Made by a program: the position numbers and the translations under genes. This document shows, piece by piece, positions 40,201-51,166 of a DNA stretch of 64,000 bases. The stretch's first letter is position 1; each line of letters begins with the position of its first letter. The notes beneath the pieces were generated by a model that was given only the letters and a program-made list of their open reading frames with translations, made no database searches and was not told the origin of the DNA. Source of the stretch: an uncultured Planctomycetota bacterium (GTDB taxonomy: Bacteria > Planctomycetota > Planctomycetia > Isosphaerales > Isosphaeraceae); assembly GCA_963737655.1 (NCBI GenBank), contig CAVTTN010000002.1, positions 2,112,001 to 2,176,000 on the forward strand. The letters are read 5' to 3'.

Positions 40201-40566
40201 GTGGGGCGTCGTCTCGCATCCCTCCTGGTCGGAGCGGCCCTCGGCGCCGCCGTCTTGACCATCTGCGGCCGGTCGATCGGCCCCTCGGCCGTGAAAATGT
40301 TCTCGGTCGAAGAGCTCCTGATCCGAGGAGCGATCGCCGGAGGAGTCCTGGGTCTGGGCGTCCGGGTGCTGCCTCGGGCCGTGGCCGGCGCGGCGATCGG
40401 TGCGGTCTTGCCGATCGCCTTCGTCGAGTTGAATCCGTGCGACGGCAGTTATGCCGCCGTCCCGGCCTTCGGCGCCCTGGTCGGGGCCGGGCTGGCCTCG
40501 GGGTTCGGCAGGCTCCGGCGGCTTGGAACGGGAAAGAAGCCGTCCGAGGGCTTCGACGAATCCTAG
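40201..40566 (+). CDS. Small hypothetical membrane protein
   Basis: GTG 40201 downstream of the udg stop; Gly/Ala-rich hydrophobic segments (3-4 TM). Confidence 0.5.
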   Translation: MGRRLASLLVGAALGAAVLTICGRSIGPSAVKMFSVEELLIRGAIAGGVLGLGVRVLPRAVAGAAIGAVLPIAFVELNPCDGSYAAVPAFGALVGAGLASGFGRLRRLGTGKKPSEGFDES

Positions 40567-40592
40567 GCCAGTCGCACGAGGGCACTCCTCGC

Positions 40593-41742
40593 TCACCCCT
40601 CCGGCGAGGGCAATTCGGCGGCGAACTGGGCGAGGTCCGCGAGGGTCGGGCTCTCGGCCGACCTCACGTAGAAGCCGCTGGTGGCGACCCCGGCGCAGAG
40701 GCTTTCTTCCAGGGTCAATCCGAGGATTCGGCCGAGGCAGAAGCCGGCGTTGAAGTGGTCGCCGGCCCCGGTGCTGATCTTCGGCTGCTTGACGAACGGG
40801 CCGGGGAAGATCGCGACCTCCGCGGCCGTGGCCGCCGCCGCGGCGCGCCTTCGGGTGGATCACCACGCAGTCGATCCCGAGCCGTTCGCGGATGGCCGAG
40901 GCGGCGCGGTCCACCGTGGCCTCGGGTTCGGCCCGGCTGGGGAGGTTCAGGACGGCCTCGACCTGCATCGATTCCTTGAGGTTCAGGCCGAGGATCACGT
41001 CCAGGTGCTGCTGGAACCGCGACAGGAGGCCGAGGGCGGCCTTGAGGTCTTCGGGGGTCCGTTTCTCCGGGTCGGCCAGGTCGATGAAGAGGCGGCCGGG
41101 CAGTCGGGCGATGCCGGGCAGGACGTCTTCGAGGAGCCGTTCCCAGATCCGCGTCATCCCCGGGAGCATCGTCCAGTTCACCATGCCGATCAGCGTTGCG
41201 CCCCGGAGCATCCGGCCCAGGCGGTCCCGGCCGACCCGTTCCATCAGGTTCTCCCAGTTCACCTGTTCGAGCGGTTCGAGCTTGCCGAGCATGATCTTGC
41301 CGTCGTCGAACTCCAGGGCGTCGGTGTGGCCGGGCTCGGCGATGCTGAGGACCCGGGAGCCGGCGGCGAAGTCGCGGAAGACCGGGTGGACCTCGGGATA
41401 GCCGAGGTTGCCGACGTAGGTGACGCCGAAGCCGAGGCGGGCCAGGGCGTTGGCCATGATCGGGCCGTTGCCGCCGAGCTTCGCCTGCTTCACGACGAGC
41501 TCGTAATTGCTCGATTCGCCCGCGGCGGCGCGGACCTTGTCGCCGAAGGCGGCGATGGTCCGGACCGGGTCGTATCGGCCGTCGGCGAAGCGTTTATCGA
41601 CGACGGCGATGATCTCGTCGACGAACCCGTCGAGGCCGACGACGGCCTCGGACCCGGCCAGGATGGCGGCGCCGTCGGCCAGCTTCCGGGACGTCTCGGC
41701 GAGGACCTCTTCGCGAGGGGTGGCCACGGGTGGGGCCTCCAT
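40593..41742 (-). CDS. PfkB/ribokinase-like carbohydrate kinase; frameshift ~40850
   Basis: KLGGNGPIMANAL in the N-part; the second frame gives PKISTGAGDHFNAGFCLG (PfkB signature) ending TGA at 40593-40595. Removing one A restores HPRRAAAAAT. Confidence 0.85.
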
Positions 41743-41767
41743 CGGGGGAGGGTCCGGCGGGCCATTC

Positions 41768-43368
41768 CTAGCCGACCGGGACGAGCTGCGAAACCGCGTC
41801 GGTGACTTCCTTCATCTTGATCGGCTTGTCCAGGACGACGACCCGGTCGTCGGACGGGAGCTTGCGGGCGAGGCTCCCCTGGCGGGGCCCGAGGAGGACC
41901 AGCGCGGCGAGGTCTCGGCCCTTGTCCTGGGCCCTCTGGTGGATCTCGAGGAAGGCGTTCAGGGCGTCCGGGCCCAGGCCGTCGGCGTCGAAGACCACGA
42001 GGTCCGCCGGCTCGTCCTGGAACTGTTCGACTCCCGAGGCGGGATCGACCGCCATCCTCACGCCGAAGCCCATCTTGGTGAAGACCTTGCGGAAGGCCTC
42101 GCGAATCGAGTCCTGGACCTCGATGCACAACAGGGTCTTGGGCAGTGGTTCGGCCTCGGCCCGGCTTCCGCCTCCACCCCCGCCGTCGCCTCGGCCTCGG
42201 CCTCGGCCTCGGGCCCAGCGTCCTCCGCGTCGGGCAGGTGGCCGAACGCGGCGGCGAACAGGTCGTCGCCGGTGAGGTTCCCCTTCCTCTCGGGCTCGCG
42301 GGTCCGGATCTTGATCGTCCCGGAGGATGGGCGGGGCGCCTTGTCGTCCCTGGCCGCCCCCGAGTCCCGGTAGGCGATCAGGTCGTTGACCACGTCGTCC
42401 ATGTTCTGATAACGCGATTTCAGGTCGATCTTCATCATCTTCTCGATGATCCGGCAGAGCTCCGCCGGCGGGGCGTTGCGGTGTTCCGACAACGGCTTGA
42501 TCGCGCCGAAGCTCCTCTTGAGCATCTTGGCCAGGGGGTCGCTGGTCTCGGTCTCGGCCATCGCCGGGGTGCCGGTGAGCATCTGGTAATAGACGCAGCC
42601 GAGGAAGTAGATGTCGGACCTCGGGTCCCCCTTGAAGCTGCCGCAGCTGCGTTCCAGGGCCGAATAATCGACGGTGCGGGCGGTCTCGTTGCTCGATGAG
42701 GAGAAGTCGCCGAGGTCGATGGTGGCGAGCCCGAAGTCCACGAGCTTCGCCTCCCCCTTGGAGGCGATCAGGATGTTCGTGGCCTTGATGTCGCGGTGGG
42801 TCACGCCGCTGTCGAAGGAGTACTTCAGCCCCTGGGCCAGGCCGATCATCAGCGGGAGGGCCTCGGTGGCCGAGAGGGTCTTGCGGATCTTCAGGAAGTC
42901 GCGGAGGTTGGAGCCTTCGACATACTCCATGACCATGTAATGGTTCTTGTCCGCCTCGCCGAAGTCCAGGATGCGAACGATGTTCGGGTGGATCAGCTTG
43001 AGGCCGCTCTCGGCTTCCTGGAGGAAGCGGTTGACGGCGGCCTGGTCGGTGGTGAATCGGCGGCGGAGGACCTTGATGGCGACGGATTGCTCGCCGTTGA
43101 CCCTCTGGCCGCGATAGACCCGCGCGAACGTCCCCTCGGCCAGGTGGAACATCACCCGGCAATCGCCGAACATGAAGCCGTTGAGGTCGCCTTTGAGCAG
43201 CTTGTCGCGTTGCCAGCTGGTGAGGTGGCCCTTGCGCATCAGGGCGCGGAGGAGGGAATCCAGGCTTCCATCCTCGGCCTCGTTCTGGGCCCGGCGGACC
43301 TGCTCTCGGGTCAGCAGACCGATCATCACGGCCTGGTCGGCGAGCGTTTCGGCGTCGAAATCGGCCAT
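41768..43368 (-). CDS. Ser/Thr protein kinase with C-terminal receiver-like domain; frameshift ~42161
   Basis: AIKVL, HPNIV, HRDIKATNIL, DFGLA, SDIYFLG; second frame LLCIEVQDSIRE...ADLVVFDAD...LDKPIKMKEV. Confidence 0.85.
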
Positions 43369-43523
43369 CGTGGGGCGGTCCTGACTATCGAAGACGGTCG
43401 CGGAGGGGCGCCGGAGCGAGGTCGCGGCCGGAACCGGCCACATCGTCTATTGTAGCAGGTCCGAAGCCCATCTCAACGGCGCCCGGAAACGGCCCTCGGG
43501 CCCGGCCGCCCGGTCCGATCGGA

Positions 43524-44299
43524 TCAGGGACCGGGGTCGGCCGGCTTGAGGGCGTCGAGCTTCTTCTTCGCGGAGTCGGCGCCGTCGCCGGGGATCTCGG
43601 CCAGCCAGGTCCAGAGGAGCCGGGCGCGGTCGGCGTCGGTCTCGGCCTCGGCCTTCTCCTGGAGCTTCGCCACGGCGAAGGTCCCGGGGAGCTTCTGGGC
43701 GGTGGCGCGGGCCTTCGCCACCTCGGCCTGGTTCAACAAGGTGCCTGTGGTGCCGGACGCCAGCAAGTTCGTCCGGTCCTGGCGGTGGGGGAGCCCCAGG
43801 GCGTGGCCCAGCTCGTGCGAAGTGACCCGGGGCAAGGGCTCGTCGAGCCCGCCGGGGACCGCCCGGAGCGCCGCGGTCTCCTGGACGAACGCCATCCGGT
43901 CCCCCAGGTACACGCCGTTGACCGTGAATTTGTGGATGTAATAAACGTCCACCCCCTCGCTCGATCGCGACTCCCCGGCGCGAGGAGGCGGAACGAATCG
44001 AGCCGGGCCGGGCCGGTGCCCCGGGCGTCCTTGAAGCGGTCCAGGCGCGCCGCGGTCTCCCGGCGGATCGGCTCCAATCCCCAGTGGACGCCCGCCGGAT
44101 GCCACACGCGGTTGACCTTGTCGATGATCCGCCGGATGTCCTGGTCGGTCAGACCGCAATTCACGTCGGGCAGGTCGTCGGCCGAGAGGACGTGGATCCT
44201 CAGGGGGATCACCAGGAACTCGGCATAGGGGGGCGGTTCGGTGACGTCGGCGGAGGGGGCCACCGCGATCAGAGCCAGGGCGGCCAGGACGATCGGCAC
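43524..44299 (-). CDS. Secreted zinc metalloprotease (metzincin HExxHxxGxxH); frameshift ~43975
   Basis: AGGAG RBS and GTG 44299 with signal peptide; IPLRIHVL...VNRVWHPAG; after the shift TSHELGHALGLPH...NLLASG. Confidence 0.8.
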
Positions 44300-44626
44300 G
44301 GGAATGCTCCTGGAAGGTGCAGGCCATGCCCCGGAACGCGGAGGGTGCAACCCGACGACCGCTCGTCCCGGCAAGGAGGACATGGATTCGAAAGGCCGGA
44401 CCCGTTGGGATCACGCATTATCGGGCCCGTCGGATGCCTCCCACAAGAGCGACGTTTCTTGTCCGCCGGGCCGATCTGTTTTCACGGGATCGGCGCGGCT
44501 TTCCCCGTTCTTTCTCCGCCGAGAGGACCGATCGGGCCGCCTCGGGGGCCTGATCCATCGACAGCGGCCAATCCGGGCTCCACAATGGCCGCCGGCCGTT
44601 TCGAACCTCTCCCGGAGCCTCCGCCG

Positions 44627-46336
44627 ATGGTCCGCCGATCCGCCCCGTTGCTCGTCGTCGCGATGGCCGCCCTGTTCCCGCCGAGTTCCGGCGTCGCGGC
44701 CGATCCGCCCCGGTACGATCGCCGGTGGGTCTGGGTGATGTCCAACCTGATGGTCAATTCGGAGGCCGATCGCGTGGTCGCCCTGATCGAGAGGGCCTCG
44801 AAAAGCGGCTATAACGGGCTGGTCCTGGCCGATTACAAGCTCAACCTGCTCGACCAGGTCCAGCCGAACTACTTCCCGAACGTCGCGAGGGTCGTCGCGG
44901 CGGCCGACAAGGCGGGCGTGGAGATCATCCCGACCGTGTTCCCGATCGGCTACTCCAACGGCCTCCTGATGCACGACGTGAACCTCGCCGAAGGGATGCC
45001 GGTCGAGGGGGCGCCGTTCGTCGTCAACGGGCGCGAGGCCCGGTTGAAGGCCGATCCCGACGTGAAGGTCAAGGGCGGCGACATGGAGGCCGCCCGGGGC
45101 GACACCCTCGTCGGCTGGGGCTACCAGGACGAACCCGGCAAGTTCAGCTTCGCCGATCGGGACGTCCATCACGGCGGCTCGGCCTCCCTGAGGATCTCGG
45201 ACCCCCCGGCGAATTGCCGCCTGATCGGCCAGGCGAAGGTCAGGCCGCACTCGGCGTATCGGCTCTCGGCGTGGGTCAAGACGAAGGACTGGACCCGGCC
45301 CGGCAACTTCCGGCTGATGGCCATCGGCTCGGGCGACGGCGGCCGTCAGCTCTCGTTCCAGGAAGGCGGGATCTCGCCGACCCAGGACTGGACCCGGATC
45401 GATTGCGTCTTCAACTCGCTCGATTTCCCGGCCGTGAACCTGTACGCGGGAGTCTACGGGGGCGGGTCGGGGACGATGTGGATCGATGACGTGAGCCTGG
45501 AAGAGATGGGCCTGACCAACGTCCTCCGCCGCCCCGGCTGCCCGTTCTCCGTGACGTCCGACGACGGCAAGACGACCTTCGTGGAAGGCAAGGACTTCGA
45601 ACCCGTGGCCGACCCGAAGCTGGGGAGGATTCCGTACGCCGGCGAGTACGAATTCTTCCACGAAGGGCCGCCGATCCGGGTCCGCAAGGGCTCGACGATC
45701 CGCGAGGGTCAGACGCTCCGGGTCAGCTATTACCACCCGGTCCCGACCCTCCAGGCCCAGGTGATGTGCTGCCCGAGCGAGCCGAAGACCTACGAGCTCC
45801 TCCGCGACCAGGCCCGGCGGGTCCAGAAGCTCCTGAAGCCCAAAAAGGTCTTCATGTCGCACGACGAGATCCGCGTGATGAACTGGTGCCGGGCGTGCCG
45901 ATCGCGGGACCTCTCGCCGGGTCGGATCCTGGCCGACAACGCCCGGAAGTGCCGCGAGATCCTCGCCGAGGAGATGCCCGGCGCGGAGGTGCTCGTGTGG
46001 TCGGACATGTTCGACCCGAACCACAACGCGATCGACGGCTATTACCTCGTCAACGGCTCGCTGAAGGGTTCGTGGGAAGGGCTGGACCCTTCGATCACGA
46101 TCATGAACTGGAACGGCGGGAAGCTCGCCCAGAGCGCCCGGTTCTTCGCCGATCGCGGGCACAAGCAGATCCTCGCCGGCTATTACGACGTGGACGACCT
46201 CAGCGGGTTCACCGACTGGGACGCCAGGGCCCGGGGCATCCCCGGCATCATCGGGTTCATGTACACGACCTGGGAGAAGAAGTACGGTTTGCTCGAGGAG
46301 TATGGGAAGGCGATGAAGGCCGGGGCGGGCCGCTAG
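44627..46336 (+). CDS. Secreted glycoside hydrolase (GH20-like barrel) with inserted CBM4/9-like domain
   Basis: Signal peptide; ASKSGYNGLV; VFMSHDEIR (DE pair); LVWSDMF; GFMYTTW; YRLSAWVKT...TMWIDDVSLEE. Confidence 0.7.
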   Translation: MVRRSAPLLVVAMAALFPPSSGVAADPPRYDRRWVWVMSNLMVNSEADRVVALIERASKSGYNGLVLADYKLNLLDQVQPNYFPNVARVVAAADKAGVEIIPTVFPIGYSNGLLMHDVNLAEGMPVEGAPFVVNGREARLKADPDVKVKGGDMEAARGDTLVGWGYQDEPGKFSFADRDVHHGGSASLRISDPPANCRLIGQAKVRPHSAYRLSAWVKTKDWTRPGNFRLMAIGSGDGGRQLSFQEGGISPTQDWTRIDCVFNSLDFPAVNLYAGVYGGGSGTMWIDDVSLEEMGLTNVLRRPGCPFSVTSDDGKTTFVEGKDFEPVADPKLGRIPYAGEYEFFHEGPPIRVRKGSTIREGQTLRVSYYHPVPTLQAQVMCCPSEPKTYELLRDQARRVQKLLKPKKVFMSHDEIRVMNWCRACRSRDLSPGRILADNARKCREILAEEMPGAEVLVWSDMFDPNHNAIDGYYLVNGSLKGSWEGLDPSITIMNWNGGKLAQSARFFADRGHKQILAGYYDVDDLSGFTDWDARARGIPGIIGFMYTTWEKKYGLLEEYGKAMKAGAGR

Positions 46337-46531
46337 CCCCGTCCGCTTCTTGATGCCGGGTAGTGGCCTGGTTTGTGATGATTCGGTAACGGATTCGTGC
46401 GATTCGGAATTTTATCTTGCATCTGGGCTCCAGATCGCGCAGATTGCTTCACTCGTCGGGACGGAGCCGTTTCGGATGGCTCGTCCGCGCCCGGGCGTCC
46501 GGGCCGTGGGTTGGTTCCTTCGGAGACGAGC

Positions 46532-47083
46532 ATGAGCGGCCTCGGTCGCGTGACCCGCGGGGCGGCGTCGGACCCCGAGCTTCGAGACCCGGTCCGGCCG
46601 ACGCGCCGGCCCTCCCCTCCGCCCTTGAATCCTCCCTCGGAACGCCCGCAACGGGCGACCGAGCGGCCCCTGGCGATGGTCCGCTGGCGAGGGATCGCGG
46701 CCATCCTGGGAGCGGCGGTGATCCTGTCGGCGATGGCCGGGGGGTTGTCGCTGCTGGTCCCCCCGTCGCCGAGCCGGGTCGAACGGTCCCGGGAGCGGGC
46801 CGGGCTGGTCCGATCGCGGACCGAGCTGGCCTTGCTGGAGCTGGACATCGAGGCGAGGCGAGACCATCTGCTCGCCCTGATGAAGTCCGGAGGCGGACTG
46901 GACGCCCGCGCCCTGGGGATCGCCACGCCTCCGGGAACGCTCGGCGCCTCGCCGGACGTCGTCGGGCCTCACCGACGCCTGATCCAGGTCGAAAAGGCCG
47001 CGCTCGCGCAGAGGATCGCCGCGCTTTCGGCGATGAGGCTCGACCTGGAGGAGCGGCAAAGGCGCTACCTCGACGGGCGATGA
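46532..47083 (+). CDS. Hypothetical membrane-anchored coiled-coil protein
   Basis: GGAG RBS and ATG 46532; one TM (GIAAILGAAVILSAMAGGLSLLV); helical C-part; directly upstream of the secretin. Confidence 0.45.
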   Translation: MSGLGRVTRGAASDPELRDPVRPTRRPSPPPLNPPSERPQRATERPLAMVRWRGIAAILGAAVILSAMAGGLSLLVPPSPSRVERSRERAGLVRSRTELALLELDIEARRDHLLALMKSGGGLDARALGIATPPGTLGASPDVVGPHRRLIQVEKAALAQRIAALSAMRLDLEERQRRYLDGR

Positions 47084-47209
47084 GCCCCGCCCGGGGTGTT
47101 CGCAATTCTAGGCCGACGTGGCGGTCGGGTTGGTGGCTTTAGAAATCCCTCGGCCAGGCCGATACCTAAGTTGGGGTCATGACGGTTCGACCGATCGCCC
47201 CGGCGAGGG

Positions 47210-49075
47210 ATGGCCATGATCGGACCGGGGCGCGGGGCAGATCCAGATCCAGGGACGGGCCGACGACGGGGCGTCGCGTCGGCGACGGCCGCCCTGCTCC
47301 TGGGGCTCGGCTCGGCCGGCGCCCAGGAGCCGGCTTTGGCCCCGGTTCCCGCGGTGGCCCCGGCGGGGCGCCCGGCCCCGGCCCCGTTCATCCCGGGATT
47401 GAAGGCGTCCGCCTCGGCCGTCCAGGTCAAGGTCGGTCAGGGGAAGATCCTCACCTTGCCGGTGGACCTCAACGCCGTGGGCCAGAAGAACGCGCCGTTC
47501 CTCGCCGTGGGCGATCCCGACGTCCTGGACTTCTACCAGATCGATTCCCGGCACCTCCGGCTGATCGGCAAGAAGCTGGGGATGACCGACCTGACGTTCA
47601 GCGTGGGGTCGGGGGACGCGCTGAGGACCTATGAGTACGAGGTGCAGGTGACGGCCGACCTGGACGAGCTCCGGGCCCGCCTCCGCCAGAGCTTCCCCGA
47701 CGCGGTCCTGGAGCTGGCGCAGCTCCGCGAGAAGATCGTGGTCGAGGGCCAGGCGCGCGACGCCAACCAGGTCTCCCGGATCGTCCAGGCGATCGAAGGG
47801 TACATCCGCTCGGTCCAGCGGGTCTCGATCGCCGGTCGGGTGGCGGACCGGGTCGAGAAGGCCCAGGCGCCCGAGGTCGTCGGCGTCCCCCTGCCGCCCT
47901 TGCCGGCCGGGATGGAACCGGGATCGGACGCCTCGGGAGGGACCGGGGGCAGCGGCGTCCTCGGGGGCGTCGGCGGGCTCGGGCCCGGAGGCGGCGCCAC
48001 CTCGGTCAGCACCACGCAGCCCGGCCTGTTCGTCGTGGGGCAGACGGTCACCAACCAGACCCAGGTGCTGAACCTCCTGCGCGTCCCGACCACCCAGCAA
48101 GTCCTGCTGAAGGTCCGCGTGGCCGAGCTCAACCGCACCGGCCTCCGCCAGATCGGGGCGGACGTCCTGGCCTCGATCCCCCAGTTCCGCAGCCTCTTCG
48201 GCACGCAGATCACCGGCAAGACCGGGTTCACCGGCGCCCTGGGCAGCAGCACGTTCGGCAACCCCCGAGACATCTCCTTCGCCGCCTCGCCGCCGACCCC
48301 GGGCGTCTACGGCACCTTCTCCAACGGCCAATTCAACACCTTTTTGACCGTTTTGCGCGCCAACAGCCTCCTGAAAATCCTCGCCGAGCCGAACCTCGTG
48401 GCGATGAACGGCTACCAGGCCAACTTCCTGGCCGGAGGGGAGTTCCCCGTGCCGTCGTTCTCGGGGATCGGGGGCGGGTCGTCCACCGGCGGGGGCGCGT
48501 CGTCGAGCACCCAGTTCAAGAAGTACGGCGTGAGCGTCTCGTTCCTGCCGATCATCCTCGACGGCGAGACCATCCGCCTGATGGTCGAGCCCGAGGTCAG
48601 CCAGGTCGATTTCACGACCGCCACCACGCTCGTCCCCGGCGGCTCGCCCGTCCCCGGCCTGATCACCCGGAACGCCCACACCACGGTGGAGCTCAAGCAG
48701 GGGGAGACCCTGGCCATCGCCGGATTGATGCAGCTCCAGCTCGAGGGCAACACGCAACGAATCCCCGGCCTGGGCGACCTGCCCTACATCGGCGAGTTCT
48801 TCAGCAACACGACGAGCAACCGGATCGAAAAGGAGCTGATCGTCCTGGTCACGCCCTACCTCGTCGAGCCGATGGCGCCGGGCCAGGTCCCGCCGGGGCC
48901 GGGGGACGAGGTGAACCAGCCCAACGACCTGGAATTCTTCTTTCTCAACCGGATCGAGGGACGGACCGGGATCGATGCGCGATCCACCACGTCGTATGAC
49001 GACCCGTTTCACCTGATCCGCCATTCGATCCTGGAGAGGTCGCACCTGATCGGCCCCTCGGGATTCTCGAAGTGA
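47210..49075 (+). CDS. cpaC: Flp pilus secretin CpaC/RcpA
   Basis: AVGDPDVLD...LIGKKLGMTDL N-domain; QVLLKVRVAELNR; LAEPNLVAMNG..ANFLAGGEFPVP; TTVELKQGETLAIAGL; IPGLGDLPYIG; ELIVLVTPYLV. Confidence 0.93.
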   Translation: MAMIGPGRGADPDPGTGRRRGVASATAALLLGLGSAGAQEPALAPVPAVAPAGRPAPAPFIPGLKASASAVQVKVGQGKILTLPVDLNAVGQKNAPFLAVGDPDVLDFYQIDSRHLRLIGKKLGMTDLTFSVGSGDALRTYEYEVQVTADLDELRARLRQSFPDAVLELAQLREKIVVEGQARDANQVSRIVQAIEGYIRSVQRVSIAGRVADRVEKAQAPEVVGVPLPPLPAGMEPGSDASGGTGGSGVLGGVGGLGPGGGATSVSTTQPGLFVVGQTVTNQTQVLNLLRVPTTQQVLLKVRVAELNRTGLRQIGADVLASIPQFRSLFGTQITGKTGFTGALGSSTFGNPRDISFAASPPTPGVYGTFSNGQFNTFLTVLRANSLLKILAEPNLVAMNGYQANFLAGGEFPVPSFSGIGGGSSTGGGASSSTQFKKYGVSVSFLPIILDGETIRLMVEPEVSQVDFTTATTLVPGGSPVPGLITRNAHTTVELKQGETLAIAGLMQLQLEGNTQRIPGLGDLPYIGEFFSNTTSNRIEKELIVLVTPYLVEPMAPGQVPPGPGDEVNQPNDLEFFFLNRIEGRTGIDARSTTSYDDPFHLIRHSILERSHLIGPSGFSK

Positions 49076-49112
49076 AGTGAAGCGACGGGGCCATGCCCCC
49101 CGGGAGGCAAGA

Positions 49113-49907
49113 ATGCTCCGATTGCGTCGCGGAGGGACGGCCGCGGGCCTGATCCTCGGGTTGGGCCAGGCGATCCGGTCGGACGCGCAGGACGTGCCCG
49201 ACCCCCTGCCGCCCTTGCCGCCCTCGATGACGACGACGGCCCCGCCGGTCGTCGTGCCCACGCCTCCCCTGGTCCTGCCGGCCCGGGTGGTCTCGGCGGT
49301 GCCGCCGGGCGGCCCGTCGCCGTCGTGGAGGCCCCCGGCCCTCGACCCGATCTCGGTCCAGAACGCGCATCCGCCGAAGTTCGTCCGGGCGAAGTCGCGG
49401 TCGTGGCTCTGGAGGCGCGACCAGGGGAAGGTCCTGGGCTATCCCGAGGACTTCCGCCCTCGCCCCCTCGGGGCGTCCGTCTACGACACCGCCCGAACCA
49501 TGGTCGCCAACGGCGAGGCGGCCCGGCTCACCCTCTATCGCTACGACTTCGTCCCGGGGACCGAGACCCTGAGCCCGGCCGGCCTCGACCAACTGGCCCG
49601 GCTCGCCCCTCAGTTCGCCGCCAGCCCGTATCCCCTGATCGTCGAGAGGACGCCGGGAGACCCCGCCCTGGCCGAGGCCCGGCGGCTCGCCGTCCTGGCG
49701 GCGTTGGAGGCGAACGTCGGGCCGGTCCCGCCGGACCGCGTCCTCGTGGGCGAGGCCCGGGCCCACGGGATGGCCGGGATCGACGCGCAGATCCTCGGCG
49801 CCAACGCGATCGACCGCGCCCGGGGCTATGGGCCCACCATCCCGATCCTGAGCAATGGCGTGAATAGCCCGTCGGGCGTGACCGGCGGCGGAGGCTCGGG
49901 CCAATGA
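49113..49907 (+). CDS. Hypothetical exported Tad-associated protein
   Basis: GGAGG RBS; Pro-rich N-region; MVANGEAARLTLYRYDF...LSPAGLDQLARLA...LAEARRLAV; lies between secretin and TadD. Confidence 0.7.
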   Translation: MLRLRRGGTAAGLILGLGQAIRSDAQDVPDPLPPLPPSMTTTAPPVVVPTPPLVLPARVVSAVPPGGPSPSWRPPALDPISVQNAHPPKFVRAKSRSWLWRRDQGKVLGYPEDFRPRPLGASVYDTARTMVANGEAARLTLYRYDFVPGTETLSPAGLDQLARLAPQFAASPYPLIVERTPGDPALAEARRLAVLAALEANVGPVPPDRVLVGEARAHGMAGIDAQILGANAIDRARGYGPTIPILSNGVNSPSGVTGGGGSGQ

Positions 49908-50692
49908 CGCTCCGATCGACGTTGCTCGTCGCCCTGATCTTCGCCTCCGGCTGCGCCCAGGGCCCGCGATCGCCGAAGACCGTGGCCGTGGCCGACCCCC
50001 TGGACGTCGGGCCGTCGCGCAAGGTCTCCGCCCGGGGGGCGGCCGACGTCCAGTTCGCCCTCGGCCGGTCCTTCGAGGAGGCGGGCTCGCTGGCCGAGGC
50101 CGAGGCCGCCTATCGCCGGGCGATCCACGAGGCGCCGAAACGGCCCGAGGCCCACGCCCGGCTCGCCGTCTTGCTCGCCCAGAGAGGCGAGTTCGCCGAG
50201 GCCTCCCAGCAGTTTGCCGAGGCCGTCCGCCGCGACCCGGGGAACGCCGAGATCCTCTGCGATCAGGGCTATTCGCTGGCCATCCAGAGGAAATGGCCCG
50301 ACGCCGAGGCCGCCTATCGCCGGGCCCTGACGATCCAGCCGAACCACGCGAGGACCCACGAAAACCTCGCGCTGGTCCTGGCGAGGAAGGGAGAAACGGC
50401 CCTCGCCCTGGAGGAGTTCGCCCGAGCCGGCCTGGACCCGGCCGACTCGCACGCCAATCTCGGGCTGGTCCTGGCGATGGAGGGCCGGTACGCCGAGGCC
50501 CGCGCCTCCTACGCCCAGGCCCTGGCCGCCCGGCCCGATTCCCCGGCCGCGAGGGAAGGGCTGAAGGCCCTGGCCCGGGTGGACCAGGCCGGCGCGAACC
50601 CCGGCGCCGCGAAGGTCGCGGTGAAGCCCGGCCCCGATTCGAACGTCCGCCGGGCCTCGACGACGAACCCGGAGACGAACGCCCGTCCGTGA
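49904..50692 (+). CDS. tadD: TPR lipoprotein, TadD-like pilotin
   Basis: Lipobox FASGC; several TPRs (AEAAYRRAL, HENLALVLAR, HANLGLVLA). Confidence 0.75.
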   Translation: MTLRSTLLVALIFASGCAQGPRSPKTVAVADPLDVGPSRKVSARGAADVQFALGRSFEEAGSLAEAEAAYRRAIHEAPKRPEAHARLAVLLAQRGEFAEASQQFAEAVRRDPGNAEILCDQGYSLAIQRKWPDAEAAYRRALTIQPNHARTHENLALVLARKGETALALEEFARAGLDPADSHANLGLVLAMEGRYAEARASYAQALAARPDSPAAREGLKALARVDQAGANPGAAKVAVKPGPDSNVRRASTTNPETNARP

Positions 50693-50734
50693 CCTAGGCT
50701 CTCTCGGGCGAAGCCCCGCGAGGAGCCCCATCCC

Positions 50735-51130
50735 ATGATCCGCCGCCGACTCCGATCCCATCGACGAGCCGCCGCCGCGGCCGAGCTGGCCTTGACCCTG
50801 CCGGTCCTCGGGCTGATTTGCGTGATGGCCGTGGACTACGGCCGATTGTTCACGACCCTCGCCGCCCTGAGCGATTGCGCCCGGGTCGGGTCGTATTACT
50901 ACGCCTCCAACTCCTCCGCCAACTCCTCGACGGTCTCGAACGTCGTCCAGTCGGCGAGCAACCTGAAGTCGTCGTCGATGACCGTGACGACGGCCTCCTC
51001 CACCGATTCGCACGGCTATCCCTACGTCCAGGTGACGGTCTCCTACCCGTTCCAGACCCTGACCTCGTGGCCGGGCATCCCCAGGACCGTCACCCTGAGC
51101 CGCAAGGTGGCGATGATCCGCACCTATTGA
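50735..51130 (+). CDS. tadE: TadE-like pseudopilin
   Basis: RRA/AAAAELALTLPVL...VDYGR...ARVG; VQVTVSYPF. Confidence 0.85.
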   Translation: MIRRRLRSHRRAAAAAELALTLPVLGLICVMAVDYGRLFTTLAALSDCARVGSYYYASNSSANSSTVSNVVQSASNLKSSSMTVTTASSTDSHGYPYVQVTVSYPFQTLTSWPGIPRTVTLSRKVAMIRTY

Positions 51131-51166
51131 TTTGATCCGCGCTTCGGAAGACGAAGGAGGGCCGCC

